A stretch of 52,893 nt of DNA, the filler included, from Bipalium vagum (lineage: Eukaryota), in the NCBI GenBank assembly GCA_037834085.1. It is 3 parts of 3 records of this genome, joined end to end, with 100 filler letters (N's around TTAATTAATTAA, not from the genome) between each part and the next. Parts side by side here need not be neighbours in the genome. Positions count along the whole stretch, not along the records: positions 36,001 to 52,893 come from JBBMKC010087801.1; 2 more parts are not named here. One strand, given 5' to 3'. Below the pieces are notes generated by a model, which saw only the letters and a program-made list of their open reading frames with translations, did no database searches and was not told the origin of the DNA. The translations under genes were made by a program, and so were the position numbers. Below are positions 52,301 to 52,893 of this stretch, piece after piece; position 1 is the stretch's first letter; every line of letters begins with the position of its first letter.

Positions 52301-52828
52301 ATAAATGCTTAAGTTGATAATAAACAACAATTGAACGAGAACCTACAAAATCCCTCACTAACGGATTAGAGAGAAAGATAGTCTCACAGAATTTAATTAT
52401 GTAAATTTGAGAAGATAGGAATATTTTTAATGTATCGATTCTCTCACTCTTTTTTCATAATACATCGACATTGTACCGACCGATTTCAATGTACTGAAAT
52501 AGGCAGAACTGTCGCGGTTCGATATTGATAATGATATCTCAATAGTAAATCAACGTCAAAATGACCAAAGCGGGCAATACAGTTAAGGTGTAAGCTAAAG
52601 TTAAAAAATAGCTCATAATAAAAGGACTTTTTATTTTGGAATTGTTTGGAAGAATTAAAACAATTAAATTCTATTTTAAAAATAATAAAATTAAGCAAAA
52701 ATAAAATAGATTACATAAAAAATTAATTGTGCTAAATGAAATTTTATCAGGTATAAAATTATTTGGAGTACGTCTCAATATTTGTAAATATTATACAATT
52801 AAAAAAATATTTTATTTTATTTATTATC

Positions 52829-52829
<1 letters not shown>

Positions 52830-52893
<64 letters not shown>
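52830..52893. repeat. (ATT)n microsatellite
   Basis: TAT/ATT run to the window end. Confidence 0.95.

Noticed and set aside
1-52893. CRISPR arrays, rRNA genes, prokaryotic operons
   Set aside because: No regularly spaced repeats, no rRNA-like sequence and no long ORFs; spliceosomal introns and animal TEs indicate a eukaryotic genome.

Overview
This is a very AT-rich eukaryotic (probably invertebrate animal) window. It is made of three contigs joined by identical artificial 100-nt linkers (N44-TTAATTAATTAA-N44 at 15585-15684 and 35901-36000), so adjacency across those points is not guaranteed. Most of the DNA is decayed transposons: many mariner/Tc1-family remnants and MITEs, a Chapaev3-like element, a piggyBac-derived MITE, a NeSL-like non-LTR retroelement with a Ulp1-like protease remnant, and a probable Penelope-like 3' end. 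Manual splicing gives three host genes. (1) A divergent F-spondin-like gene on the minus strand: signal peptide + Reeler exon 13470-13954 spliced to a Spondin_N-start exon 1314-1483. (2) The first coding exon of a probable ionotropic glutamate receptor (NMDA GluN2-like) on the plus strand, 25995-26417. (3) Five phase-compatible minus-strand exons of a MUC1-like type I membrane protein with a GSVVV SEA domain, a TM helix and a Tyr-motif tail (50517 down to 36034). The most unusual signal is a degraded segment at about 50650-52300, just upstream of the first visible SEA exon. It carries, in order, approximate matches to premotif A and motifs A-E of a segmented negative-strand RNA virus (Bunyavirales-like) L polymerase, making it a candidate endogenous viral element. 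All family assignments come from motif recognition by eye and were not confirmed by database search.
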